A DNA stretch of 64,000 bases from Zygnema circumcarinatum SAG 698-1b (GCA_037447605.1 CM074813.1:1426001-1490000), one strand, 5' to 3'. Positions 23,001 through 36,400 are shown, numbered from the stretch's first letter. A program made the numbers and translations. The notes: generated from the letters alone by a model not told the origin.

Positions 23001-25891
23001 GGCTGGGGGTTATAGGCGCTGAACCCTCAACCTCTCAAGAGACCAATTCTGGGTTCAGGAGCAGTCCTCCGCAGGCGCCAAGTTCGAGTCCTTTATCCAG
23101 TCCAACCAATGGTGGAAATTGTCAAACAACTGTAGCAGATGCTTCTGCGACGGGTGAATTGAGTGTTTATTTGCCTGTTACGAGCGCATTTGACCTGCTG
23201 TTTGAGGAAGATTTGGAAGGGATGGACTTTGGAGACGACGAGAGAGGAACTGAAAGGAAGGATGTGAATGGATTAGAGTGGAGTGGAATGGACGGGTTAG
23301 AAGATGCGGATATGGTGAGGGGGTTGTCGCCAACAGGGGATGAGATGGAGAGAGGGAGAGAGGCCAGAGAGGGAGCAAGTTGGAATACTGACAATGAGAA
23401 GATTCCGGCAAGTGTGCAAAACTTATCAGAAGAATTTGGGCTGCTTTCAATGGAAAGTGGAGAGGAAGTAGCGGAGCAGGCAGAGTCCTCTAGGGCAAAT
23501 GTGTCGGCCCTTGAGCTTGAAGAAATTAAAGCAATGTTTGCTGATATTCCTATGGACCGGAAGGTGGGGACAGCTATAGAGGTCGAGGAGCATATCAGTA
23601 CAGGTATTTCGTATGGAGATAGGGGCGAGGAGGTCGAGAGAGGAGACGATAAGGCTAAAAGTGATGGAAATAGTGGAATCTGCCTGTTGGATGCTGAAGA
23701 AAGGCAAAACGACGAGGAGCCGAGAAGAGTAGAAAGTGACAACGGTACAATGGAATCTATGGTGAACGGAGAGCCGCAGGAGGATGGAGCAACAAACGGC
23801 AATTGTGCAGCAGATGCTGTTCATGGTGAAGAAGCACTGCCAAATGCAGCAGGTTACTCACCTAATTCTCAATGTAGTACTGTGTCGAGCACGGTGCATA
23901 AAGAGGAGGTTGCAGATCGGAAATCTAGAAGTAAAGCCCCCAAACTTTGTATTGATACTCAAAAGAAGGCTTCGTTATCTTTAGAGGGATGCCTGCAAGT
24001 CTTCACTCGACCAGAACTTCTCACAGGAGACGATAAATGGGGTTGTCAGGGATGCACTAAAATCGCTGAAGCAAAGCGGAAAGCGCAGCATCGGAAATCT
24101 GTTTGTTGCAGTGATTGCGAGAGTGTGTCTGGAGGGTGTGATAATACCTACGTATTAAGTGGGATAGAACAACAGTCAACGGATGATGAGGGAATTGCTA
24201 GAACAAGAAACGGAGTCACGGCAGAGGGGCACAAAGAGGAAGACACTGGACCTATTCCTGATGGTGAAGCAGAATCATCGGAGAAAGATGAGAGTAGAGA
24301 AACGGAGAATTTGGAGGAACCAAGAATGGTGCTCAATGAGGAATGCAGGCTTTCTGGTAATGAAGAATTAAAGACTTCGAAAGGAGGCCAATATGGAACG
24401 TTAGACGATAACACTGAACTGGAAATTAAGTTGAAGGAAGGTGAAAGTAAAGAGGAGAACGACTCTGGTGGGCCTACAAATCAGCTTCGCATCACTAGTG
24501 AGAGATATGTGGGAGATGGAAATGGGGCCACAGCCGACGAGTGGGAGGAGGTGAAAGAAAACAAAGTGAAGTCTTTCGCAGGGCGGAAACGACGAGAGAA
24601 GCACGGAGGGAGAGTGACCACAGAAAAGGGAGAAGAGCGGAAAATCGAGGGAAAGAAGAGTGGATTGGGACAGGCAGAAGGCAGCGGAGGACATGATGCA
24701 GTAGACGGACAAGTGAGAAGTGGAGAGGGGGAAGGAGAGGAGAAAGTCGGGGACAAGTTGATCAGATCAGAGGCAAAGAAGCAATATCTTGTGAGCAAGT
24801 TGCCTCCTATCTTGACAATCCACCTGAAACGTTTCAAGCAGGACATGAGGGGAAGGCTTACAAAAATTGGAGGCCACGTGGAGTTCTCCGAGTGGTTGGA
24901 TGTGAGACCGCACTTGGTGCCGTCGATGTGAGCCTCTTGAAACTCTGCTTTCGGGTATAGGTTGCTTGCTTAAAGGCTAGGAATATCTCTCTCGTTCTGT
25001 TTCTCTCGGTCACCCCCCTTCTTCCTCTCCCCCTCCCCCTTCCCCCCTCCTCCTCCCCCTCCCCCTTCCACCCTCCTCCTCCCCCTCCTTCTCCCCCTCT
25101 ATTTCTTTTCTCTGTCCACTTCTTCCCTTGCTTCCGCTGCAGCTTCGACTCCGTCTTCATCACCCCATATCCGTTTCTCTTTCCACTCCACCCCACCCAA
25201 CTCCCACACCCCCCGGTCCTCCCTTCCAGCCTTTCTCGCCCTTCTCTCCCATACATACGCACACTTTACAAAAACAAGGATATTGATAATGAAAGGGAAG
25301 AGACAAAGTGGATTTTTTAAGAAGAGGTAGGACGTAGGACGCGAGCAAGGAGGTGCACATAAGGATAGAGGGTGACGTAGTGACAGAGAGGTAGGCTGGA
25401 TAACGGGACGACAAGGATGGGAAACAGGTAGGGGGGCTATACAGCTGAGATGAGAGATGTCAGGAAATGAATAGGAATGTACAGTTGAAACGAAAGGCAC
25501 AAGTCATAAGACCTTTTGGCTTTTATATGTCTCCTTTATACTTCTCTTTGTGTCGGTTAATGCATAATTCCTCACTCTACTAAACGAATTTCGGGTGTGG
25601 TGCCGTCATGTCAGGCTCACTGAAACTATCAACAGCTGGCGATACCGACTGATTGGAGTGGTCGAACATAGAGGCACTTTTAGAAGTGGCCATTATGTGG
25701 CGTATGTGAGAGGACCACCACAAAAGGGAGAGAACGGCGAAAGTGAAGGATGCTTTCTGTGGTACCTCATCAGCGACTCTGATGTCGACCGATCCAGTCT
25801 GAAAGCGATGTTGAGCTGCGAGGCTTATCTCTTATTCTATGAGAGAGTAGAAGTGGAGGAGGCTAGAAGTGAAGCGACAGCTCACGCGTGA
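20060..25891 (+). CDS. Ubiquitin-specific protease, USP16/USP45 (plant UBP1/UBP2)-like, with ZnF-UBP domain; 2 exons, about 1714 aa
   Basis: Exons 20060-24927 (AT|gtgagc) and 25615-25891 (tcag|G). ZnF-UBP motifs [22 protein letters not shown]. Cys box [50 protein letters not shown]. His box [31 protein letters not shown]. Confidence 0.92.
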
Positions 25892-26848
25892 AATAATCAA
25901 GAGACTGGGCAATTGGGTCTTTTCAATTTTTTTTGGTATGTGTTCATTTTCGCCACCGTGGATTGCGTCCCTTTCAGTATGAAAGCCCAAACGAAAAAAG
26001 ACAGAAGGAAAGGAAAGTCAGAAAAGAAGGACAGACTCTGCCTCTACCCTCATACCGCTGCGCCGTCCAATTCAAAAAGTTAACCCTTATCATTTGTATC
26101 GCTCTGTATCGCCTTCCTTCTTTCCTGTTTTGCTGTCTGAAGGGCTGTTGGTGGGTGGATTCTGACTAATTAGAGCTTTGTCTGCTGTATAGAGAGATTT
26201 TCTGTATGTGTTAAATTATGATGTGCTGTGAATGGACTGTTGGACGATGTTGCAGTGCATGGTTGGCAACCATGCATCGTTTTGCTGATGTTGTCGGCAA
26301 CCATGTGGAGCGGTTTTCAATTGCAACACCAGGAGCCATTGGATGCGTCGTGCGATAAAGAAAAAGAGCAACCGAATTCCACTTGTGGGGCCCATGTTGT
26401 CCGAACACATTTCGTGCGACAAGAATTTGAAAAGATGGTTGGAGGAATCGGGCTGCAATTCGCAGTCTTGTTGCGATACTCCTTTGGGGCTGCACTGCAG
26501 CGTGGCGCGCGGCTGTAGGGAGACTGGTTTGTGGGTTTTTCAGTATCACACTCTTCATGCTTTGGCCACACCTTCCAGCCCGTAACCGCCTCTCGTCTAC
26601 TTGCAGTAGCAGATAACAGTGTCGTTGTTTAAGCGAGCTTAACTGTGGCAGCTTCAGTTTGCACATGGAACAGTCCCCGTCTGCTCCGTTGAATAGCGCA
26701 TGAGCCAACCCCCTCCCCTTCGTCTCCGCTTCCTTCAACATGCCAGCAATGATGATGGATGGATGGCATCATCGCCATCCTAAGACCCATGCCACATCCT
26801 CCATCCGCGACAACATGGGCGACTCCTAATGGACTCTAGTCCTATGAC

Positions 26849-26872
26849 TTTAGGGTTTAGGGTTTTTAGGGT
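26849..26872. repeat. Interstitial plant telomere-like repeats (TTTAGGG)/telo-box
   Basis: tttagggtttagggtttttagggtt. Confidence 0.6.
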
Positions 26873-26877
26873 TGTGA

Positions 26878-27254
26878 CTATAGATCCGTATGTATCAAAC
26901 GCGTGTATTAATACACTGTATAATACATGCGTATTATACAACATTTTAAAAATACAGTGTATTTTTAATGTATTTAACGTATTTTTTTTATTTTCGTGGT
27001 TAGTTGAACAAAATTTGATTATAATATTGAAATTCCAGCACTTGCCAAGTCACGTCACTTGCCAAACACTCAACACGTGTGACTTGCTCCGTATATGTTC
27101 GTACACCCATTCCGTACATAATTTCCGTACGGGTCTATGTTCCGATTGTACGGCTGTTAACAGTTGCGTTAAGGTATTATACAGTGTATAATACAGTATT
27201 AATACTGTATTATACATTGTATCGAACCTCAAAGTGTATAATACGGATCTATAG
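26878..27254. mobile_element. 377-bp AT-rich MITE with 14-bp perfect TIRs and 6-bp TSD
   Basis: Ends are CTATAGATCCGTAT and ATACGGATCTATAG. TTGTGA is duplicated at 26872-26877 and 27255-27260. Confidence 0.8.
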
Positions 27255-27427
27255 TTGTGACCCCCGCAGAGATGTCTGTCATGCGTCCCAACCCTGCAGG
27301 CGACCATCTTCCAATGGCGGCGAGTTGTCATTGGGCGGGAGGTCCCATGGGGAAGCTGCGCGAGTTCCAGAGACGCGGCGACACGTGTCCAGGTGGCGGT
27401 CAAAATGTGGTTGCGCGAAACGGAATG

Positions 27428-28070
27428 CGCCACGTGGCGCAATGTGGATAAAAGGTTGGGAGAATCTGGGGATCAGCGTCACGTCATCCACGTGGCAAAA
27501 CGTGGCTGGTCCATCTGGTAGACGATCTTCCGCGGCCCGCCACGTGGTACCACGTCAGCTACCTGCTCATCCCCAGCGGTCCGCCACGTGCCGTCGGGTT
27601 CTCCGAACCCGGTCAGCCGCGGTCGGACCAAAAAAATATTTCTGGGCAGGGGAAATACTCCTTATACCCAATGGAAAAACGTCACGTGTCACACATATCT
27701 TTTTTCGGGCAGCCTGAGCCATGTTCAAGAAAAAAACCTGTCCGAATTCTGGCAATAATGGACGAGATGCGATTTTTTCCGGCCAAGTACGGCCAACAGA
27801 GATTACGTCACATTCGTACGGTACGGCGCCCGAGGCGGCGCCGGCGGCCGCGTGCCTTCCCCAGGAGACGCGTGACGTGACAGCCCGCAGCCCTGAACCC
27901 CCATTGGCTGGCGGCCCGGACCACACACGTGCCTGGCAATATCCAGAACTCGGGGTGGGACCACTTTCTTGTCACCACCTGACGTGGCGCTCTTTCCACG
28001 CGCCATGTGGCAACGTCCAGCTCAACTCCAAGCTTGCCGCGTCAACCCGACCCATGCAGCTCGCCACGTG
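27428..28070. promoter_or_regulatory. Cluster of G-box/ABRE-like motifs (CACGTG, ACGTGG/TC) upstream of the GH3 gene
   Basis: CACGTG cores near 27430, 27489, 27541, 27584, 27683 and 28065, within 0.8 kb of the ATG at 28222. Function is inferred only. Confidence 0.4.
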
Positions 28071-28221
28071 TCGCCGGGCGGCGCTCTTATATGGGCCCCT
28101 CCCTTCAGGGGCTCTCTCCGTCCGCCTCTCTTTCCGCCTCTGCAAATTTTTGGACTTTCGCCTTCTTGGAGCGCTGCGCAGGGAGGGAGGGAGTGAGAGA
28201 GGGAGAGGGAGAGAGGGAGCC

Positions 28222-31122
28222 ATGGAGCCCACGGGGACCTATATTCAGCTGAACGGCTTCCCGCTGGAGGAGGGGCGGGCGGGCCTCCCAGAGAGGAAGG
28301 CATGGCGCTGCATACCGGCGGTCGGGGCGGCGGTTTTCGCTGCTGCGCTGGTTGCAGCGGCAGTGTTTGGCGTGGTTTCAAGCGACTTGGCTAACAAGTG
28401 GATGTTTTACTGGGAAGAAGAGCCGGAGGTGCCCACGTGGACGCCTGAAAGGTGTTTCCCCGAGGCAGTTCAAGGTGGGGACTTTTTCCTTTTGTTGTTT
28501 TCATCATTTGCAGTTGTGAAAACTGCAGTTTTTGCTTTCAAAAAACTATTGTTGTGCTCTGTGGCTTATTTTTTTTTTCCCTTTCTTGTATGCCTGCAGT
28601 GCCTCGGGTGGAAGACATGTCTTTGGAGGAGAAAATTGGGCAGATGACCCAAGTGGACCAGCTGGCCCTTGGCAACGGAGATGACGTCACACGTTACTTT
28701 ATTGGCTCCGTTCTCAGGTTCTTTCCTTTGCTCTGTTTGGAACATTAATCCTGATTGCGACCAGTAGTAGCTTTAAAAGTATCACCTAAACCAACGCTTC
28801 CAATCAATTTAAGCCAATTTTTCGTAATGGTTTCATAATTTCTCGAGTTAACGAACTGTTTTTTGGCGCCTTTCCAGCTTTGGTTTCCTATTTCTTAGCT
28901 TGCTTTTGTCCATTTTTTTACTTACCTTTTATTTTTATTTTTTACTTAATTCAATCACAGAATCCTCACTCGCACAAAAACTAGAGACTATTAGCAATGT
29001 CTTGCAACCCCCGCCGCTCGTTTAATTCCTTGTTGTGCTTAGCCTCTATAGCTCAAACATGTCACTAACCCTTCCCCCCTCGGTCTGCTTTTCAGTGGAG
29101 GAGGCGGCTCTCCTTATTGGGGTAACAAACCGGAGGACTGGGCTGATCTGATTGACCACTTCCAAGCGAAAGCATCCAAAACCCCCCTTCAAATCCCCAT
29201 AATCTACGGAATTGACGCTGTTCACGGCCACAACAACGTCTACAAAGCGACCATTTTCCCGCACCATGTGGGACTTGGCGCCACGCGAGACCCCTCCCTT
29301 GTGCGGGAAGTGGGCGCTGTGGCCGCGCGCGAGACGGCGGCGACGGGCATTCGGTGGGCCTTCTCGCCGGCCGTATCCGTGTGCCGCGACCCGCGCTGGG
29401 GCCGCTGCTACGAGAGCTTCAGCGAACACACGGAGGTGGTGCAGGCCATGACGGCGGAGATAGACGGCTGGCAGGTGAGCTGGGCAGGCACCTCTTCGCT
29501 TTTCGCTGCTTTGGGGATGGGAATGTTGGGAGTGGGAGGATGGGAGGGGGATTAGTTCGTTTTGAGAGTTGAAGGGGGGTTGTTTTTGCGGTTTGTTTCG
29601 TGGGTTTCCTAGATAAGGGGTGTGTGTGTGTTGCTGGAACTGTGATACGCAGGAGAAAGTGAACGCAGCAGTGCACAACTTAGAAAAGGCAAAGCATTTT
29701 TTGTTTCCCTTTTGGTTTGATTCTTCCAACGCGTTTGCCTCTGCTGTCATTAATTTCTTACCGATAAATTTGAGCACATCAAGAAGACGTAAGCATTACC
29801 ATCTTTGCCTAAGACATAGTTTTCCATCTCACTAATCAAGGCTTTTTTCGTGGCTTTCATTCTTGCAGGCGCGACCGACCGATCCTCGTGATTTTGCATA
29901 TAATGTGAGCGGTGAAATCTTTGTTGCGGCCACAGCGAAACATTTCATTGGCGATGGGGGCACACAGGGCGGGCAAGACCAGGGCAACACTGTGATCAGC
30001 GAGGAGGAGCTGAGGAGAGTGCATCTTCCACCGTACATTGATGCGATTCGCAAAGGAGTGCAGACTCTAATGATCAGCTACAGCTCATGGAACGGACTAA
30101 AAATGCACGGGAACTATTACCTTATCACGAAGGTTCTTAGGGACGAGCTCGGCTTCGATGGAGTGGTGGTGTCGGACTGGGAGGCCATCAACCAGCTGCC
30201 CGGAACCTACGCAGATCAAGTTCGAACCTCAGTAAATGCAGGGTTGGATATGATAATGGTGCCAACTACATATAAGGAGTTTATTACGACCTTGAAGCGG
30301 GAAGTGTTGGAAGGCCGCGTGGCAATGTCCCGCATCGATGAAGCAGTTCGGCGAATTCTGAAGCTAAAGACTGTGTTGGGTCTCTTTGAAAACGCGTGTG
30401 CTCCCAGGCAGCTGCTCCCCTTAGTTGGGTCGGAGCAGCATAGAGCCGTTGCCCGACGGGCTGTACGAGAGTCCTTAGTTCTGCTGAAAAATGAGGACCG
30501 CCGAGGAGGAGGTTCTATGTTCCCTTTGCCTTTGGATGGTTCCCGTATTCTGGTGGCAGGAAGTCACAGCAACAACATTGGCCTACAGTGTGGTGGGTGG
30601 ACAATCGAATGGCAGGGGGGTATCGGCAACATCACTCTGGGCACCACCATACTCCAAGCCATTCAGAAAGCTGCGGAGGGCCGAGCTCAGGTGGAGCATG
30701 TGGAGCAGCCCACGGGAGAGGAAGGAGCGGACTTTGGAGTGGTGGTAGTGGGAGAAGAGCCCTATGCTGAAACCAGTGGAGATCGCGCGGCGCTTCATCT
30801 GACTGCCTCGTCTCATGAAGCGATCGAGAGGGTCTGCGACAGCATGCCATGCATTGTCATTCTGATCTCAGGAAGACCTTTGCGGATAAAGCACCTCCTT
30901 CCGAAAATTGATGCTCTGATTGCCGCGTGGCTGCCGGGGTCTGAAGGAGATGGCATTGCAGATGCCCTTTTTGGAAACGGAGACTTTGAGGGGCGCCTCC
31001 CTGTGACGTGGTTTCCGGAAGCCGCGGAGGCGGCGAGGTCGGCAGACAACGACCCGGCAATGGCGCTGTTTCCGTTCGGGTTCGGTTTGAACAAAGAAGG
31101 CGAACAGTTGTCGCAGTTGTAG
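28222..31122 (+). CDS. Glycoside hydrolase family 3 beta-glucosidase / beta-D-glucan exohydrolase; 4 exons, about 667 aa
   Basis: Exons 28222-28474, 28600-28717, 29096-29474, 29869-31122, phases consistent. Motifs MSLEEKIGQMTQ, YGIDAVHGHNNV, CRDPRWGRCYESFSE, AKHFIGDGGT, VVSDWEAI (nucleophile Asp), VGEEPYAETSGD (acid/base Glu), AAWLPGSEG, LPVTW, LFPFGFGL. Confidence 0.93.
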
Positions 31123-33489
31123 ACGGGTCACAGCTGCAAGTATTGGAGGAAAGTGGGTTTTTTTTGCTATTGAGAATTGAGAGATGTGTGATTTTTTAAA
31201 AATTCTCTCGTCTGATTCGAAATATGGCCCGGTAGTAGGGATATGTGACACGATAGGAAGCAACCAATTCTTTATTATATAAAATAATTATTATTTTTGT
31301 TTAGGGGACGAGGGAAAACGATGTGCAGTTTTAGGATAAGTCCAACCACATCGATGTAAATGTCAGCCTTTGTGCACATTTTTATATGAACATGTGGCGA
31401 ATACTTTGACAGCTTACAGCTCTTTCGAGGCATGTGATGTGAATGGTTCAAATGGGCGATACAGTATTCAGGACACAAATAATTCTCTCTCTTTGCTAGA
31501 ACGAACATGACAAGGTACATAAGCGTTCTTTTGTTGAACCAGAAAGCAATGCCTTCAAAAAAATTATATCCAGACCAGACATGATCAAAATGCAAGCAAG
31601 CGAAAGATGGGGACTTGGAGAGTGAAAATTAGATTTTTTTCAAACCAAGTATAACTTTCCAAAGGTGGTGGCAGAGTAGCAGACCTGAAGGTCTCTCTGT
31701 AAATGGGTACGCTGTACTTATTTTAAGGACATCATTTGAGTACAACATTGTACTCATTTAGAGGTGCCCCCCCGGCTGAAGACTTAACTATAGCCCTACA
31801 TTGTGCAGAAATAACAAAATGATGTGGCATTGATTGCATACATGGCTGGCGATGCCATCAAATGTACATGAACAAAATCATCATCTTCGGGAACCACGAG
31901 GAACTGGCCACAAAGGATCCAAGAACAAAAGGAAAAAAGCTATGAGCGCAAACCACGTCTTGGCCCAACAACTCTTCAGCCTTCCTACAAACAGTTCCAA
32001 GTGGAGGGTGGATGGATCTATGTTTCCTAGTTAATGTACGTCATTTACGGGAAAGTTACGTCACTGGGCTGTGACGTTCTGTTTCACGGCGCGGACGGTC
32101 CGCGTGTTCATAAAACTCCGTCCGCTCGGCTTCCCCCCTCCCACTCTCGCAAACCTCCGTACAACTCGTACGGTCGAGACAGCAGATTATTCCAATACCG
32201 TACGGTTCACAAACGACAGACAAATATACGGACATTGTCTGTACGGAACCTGCCAACCGTCACCTTGTAGTCCGCGGCCCGTGAGCCCCGGCTGTAGATT
32301 CGAACGGGATGTCAAGCGTGGGAAGTCACTCCACCCCTGTAGCGCCGCTACAGCCGCACCATTTGCCGCCTTTGTCTTGCCGCCTGCCCGCCGGCGGCCA
32401 AAATTTGTCACATCGGACGGCTGGGGACGTCGCGCCTGGCGGCAGCCAACGGAGGGCCGTCGATGGTTCGCCCTCTGACAGACAAAACGGACCCATCGTT
32501 CAGCCTTTCTCTGGGGTTGGAGGCACACGCATCAGGGAGGGGCCCTGCTTGGCTCAGAGAAATGGAAGTGGCATTGATCACCTCTTCAGAGAGGTTTGTT
32601 TCACAGCGTGAGAATGTGCCGATAGCGGGTTCAAGAGAGGCTTCAGATTACACAGTCCCACGCACAGCAAGCAAAGCAAACTTTCATATCGCACGACCAT
32701 CACGTTTGGTTTCATTAGTACGAAGGAAGACAATTGGCTAATAAGCGGTTTGCATGTGCGCCGTGTCTCAAGCCGTAGCTAATCCGCATCCCCTCCCCAT
32801 CCTTTTTCCCCCTTCCTCTTCCTCCCCTCTCGGAAGAAAGGAAAGGCGCCGCTCCTGACTCCCAGAACTGAACTGAACTGAACTGAGGCAGACTTGAGTC
32901 TGCCTCAAGCAAAAAGGCTGACGAACTTTATTGAGCTTCTCGCTCGGACTTCTGGGAGCGATCCCGCCGCTGCTCCCTCCACCCTCTCTGCCTTTCAGCC
33001 TTACATGGAGGCAGCTCCACAGGCTATATATATATATATATAAGTACAGTGCCCAGAGCTGGTTCCGCAGAATCGACTTCAGCCTCTCCTCCCTCGTTGC
33101 AACACAACCCCCCCCCCCCCCCCCTCCCCAATATTTCCTATATCTATCCAGATATATCTATCTTCCCCTGCCCTTACACTAAAGTGGATGCATCTCCACA
33201 CCTTATTCCCGACTGGCTGGGTGCGCAGCACTCCAGCTCCAGCAATGAAGGTAAGACAGCTCTCCTCTCTCTATGCACATCCTCCCTGTCCATCGTTGGG
33301 AGCACTCAAACCCTAATTTTGTCCGCCCCTTTCTGCACAGCCTACACGCACCTTCACAGCCGTCCTCACGCACTGCCAATATCTACACGACAGGTCCCAA
33401 AGGCTACAGCTGGCCGGGGCGCTACTGCATTCTCTAGACTGAACTGAACTGATCCGTTGAACCATAACTGAACTGAAACTCGAGGGCGT

Positions 33490-36400
33490 CTATTCTCTAC
33501 AGTCGGACTCTTTGTTTTTTCGTTGTGCCAATCGCAACAAAAAATCTGTGAAAACCAGCTCGTACTCCGGCATCTTTCCATAGCCTGCCTCCACGCCATG
33601 AACAGAGAGACAAAAACACCCATCAGAATAGCAACAAACCCTTCAACTTCGTGTACTTCGACGGACCTGAACCCTCTTACGACAAAAGGCAGGCCGATCC
33701 AAAGCTTATCAAAGCTAACCAAAAGCAACTATAGTTCAGATAAGACCCGTTAGCAATTGGAATTCAAACGAACCTTGAGCAGAGCAAAGCAATGAGGATG
33801 GAGAGAGGTGGGACGAAGGGAGAAAAGGCTTAACGAGATGCCATCCTCACCTGGAAAATAATTGATGTCAATAACATAATAATCATCTCCAGAACCGTCT
33901 TTGCGGATAATGTCCATATTAAAAAGCCTTAAACCCTGCAGCCATATCATGTCAATGAGTTCAGAAACTCGTTCCCTCATTGCAATAAGTTTCTCCCTTT
34001 CTACCCAACCACCAATCCCCTCCCTTCCCCACTTTCTCACATGCTCGCAACACACAACACGAGAACAATAGAACCCGGAATTCGTCCGTGGACTATTATA
34101 AAACAACACAACCTTTTTTCAGACATCACTTCAAGAGTAAGTTGTGCCCCTTACCAATCTTCGACGGACCTCCGCAGCCAAAGCATGTAGTAATCGCTCC
34201 GGGGGAAGCTCTGTCAGGATAGAAAGATGAAATTTGCCAGCCAGGTTAGACATTGGAATCCCACACTTTATGCCTCTCCCGCTCCACTATCAGAACAATT
34301 TTTGTTTCCCAATGCATTTTCAATATTCCTGCGTCATTTCCCCTCGTAAAGATGCAAGAAGGACAGACCACACGGCAGACAGGCTCAAACTATGTAAATG
34401 ATCACACCACCCAACGTGCAGTCTAAAAAACCAACTACGATCAGCCCCATGGCACTGAAACGTGCGAGAGCTAAGACAAAAGATAGTCAGAGAGGTGAGT
34501 GAAGAGACTGTTCTAACACACCTGCAGCTTCATTCAACTTCCATCGAGCTGCTGCAGCCGCAGCATTGCTCGATACGCGAGCGAAGGGCATGAGAGCATG
34601 ATGACATCGCTGCCCTTCATGGACATCAGGAAGTGATAATCTTCGAACCACTCGCACCGAATCACCTATTACATATACTTTGAATAACACGCCTCCTGCA
34701 CTCCAGGATTTACAACAAAAACTTTGTGATTCATGGGCTTCCAAACCACCAACTTCATTAGCATTAGGCATTCCACATCCATCAAGCAAGATCGTCTTTC
34801 CAGACATATACAAACTTAAACGAACTGTAGCAAGCATGCTCCGCATGCCAGGCTGACAGAAGAAGCACTATGTATGCAACTAGTTAATATAGTTCAAATG
34901 CAAAAATGGATGTCGAGAGCTACCGAATGCACCACCTGTCAGCATGTTGAGGTCAAAATGATAAGCACACTAACCGTGATTGACAAACTCTTGAAGGACA
35001 AGGGGCGGGTCTAGGGTAGGCAGACAGCTTTCGTCGTGAGCCAGCCACATTGCATGTGATTTGGGACTGCCGTCTGCTACAAGGGGCTTCACAACTGCAG
35101 ACAGACAACCAAAAAACATAAGCATCATGAATCACTGACCTATACACTCACATGAGAGGGAAGAAAGAGGGAAAGAGCTACCATCAAGAGAAGGAGATGT
35201 GGAAAACAAGGGAGCTAAGAAGATATCGGATCAGGAAGGAAGAGCTGCGTGCAACACTAAAGTTAAAAGCTGCGCTTTTCAGACGGACGATGACACATGC
35301 TCTCGACATATCCACAGAAAAATAACACTAACCTAGAGGGAACTTCAGTCCTGCTTTATGCACAAGAGACGGAATGGTGGAAGGTTCTCCAACCACGACC
35401 AGCTGCTTAGGCACCCCCACTTTTCCTGTAGCCATAGAGTCACAGCCAGTACACTAGTCAGAATAGGAAAGCCAGAAAAGGACAGAATCTGATGTCCAAT
35501 GTACAACACCTTCAAGGCCAACGAAGAAACTGAAAGAACGCATACCTAGGACGCATTTCTAACATAGGAAAAAAGACGGCAGTGGTTCGTTTCTCTGTAA
35601 AGTCGACGACAGGAAGCTGAGGCAATTTGCAGGCTGGAGAACTAACCACCATAATGTCGGAGGTCCACATCAGCTACTGCTTGTAGCATGGACTGCCGAC
35701 TGCGAAGGTGCTGGATTGCCTCTGGCGAATCCAGAACTGTGGAGGAGGGGTACTTGTTCACGTAGTCCTGAGAAAGCAAGAAACATAGAACCAGGAATCA
35801 GATATTCGCCCAGACTCGTTCACATCTTGGTAAACCTCCAAGAGGTCCGGCCCCCAGCCAATACATTACCTCACCGAGAAGTCGAATCCCCAAATTACCC
35901 AACTCTAAACACGTATAATTCTACCAACGGTCGTGAGTATCACGAGACATCTACCCTAAGATTTCAGGTCCTCTGCTTGAGCTAAACTACACGCGACAGG
36001 ACATAGAACTATTTGCTCAGAATGGCAGCATGTGCACGAATTGCTTCCATACGATGTCGGTGGCACCCCTTTCAGAAGGAGCATTCAAACTGCGCCCTTC
36101 TGTCACATTTAGCCATGGACGGCAGTGTGTGACCCTACAATTACGCACAGCTCTTTAAACAGCAGAGGTTCCATACGACCCTTCCCACAAGTAGAGACAA
36201 ACGAGTACAAGAAGACCAATCAGCATGAAGGAGAAGGAAGTGCATTACTTACTTCGAGCTCTTGTCGCCATTCCTTTCCAGTCAGCTGTATCCAACAAAA
36301 ACACATTCTCGAGTTTAGACTGCCGAACAACCAAAACTAGCCCAAACGGTAAAGTAATGAACTTGACTTCTCTCACCAATCCTTCCAAGGATCCAGCTGG

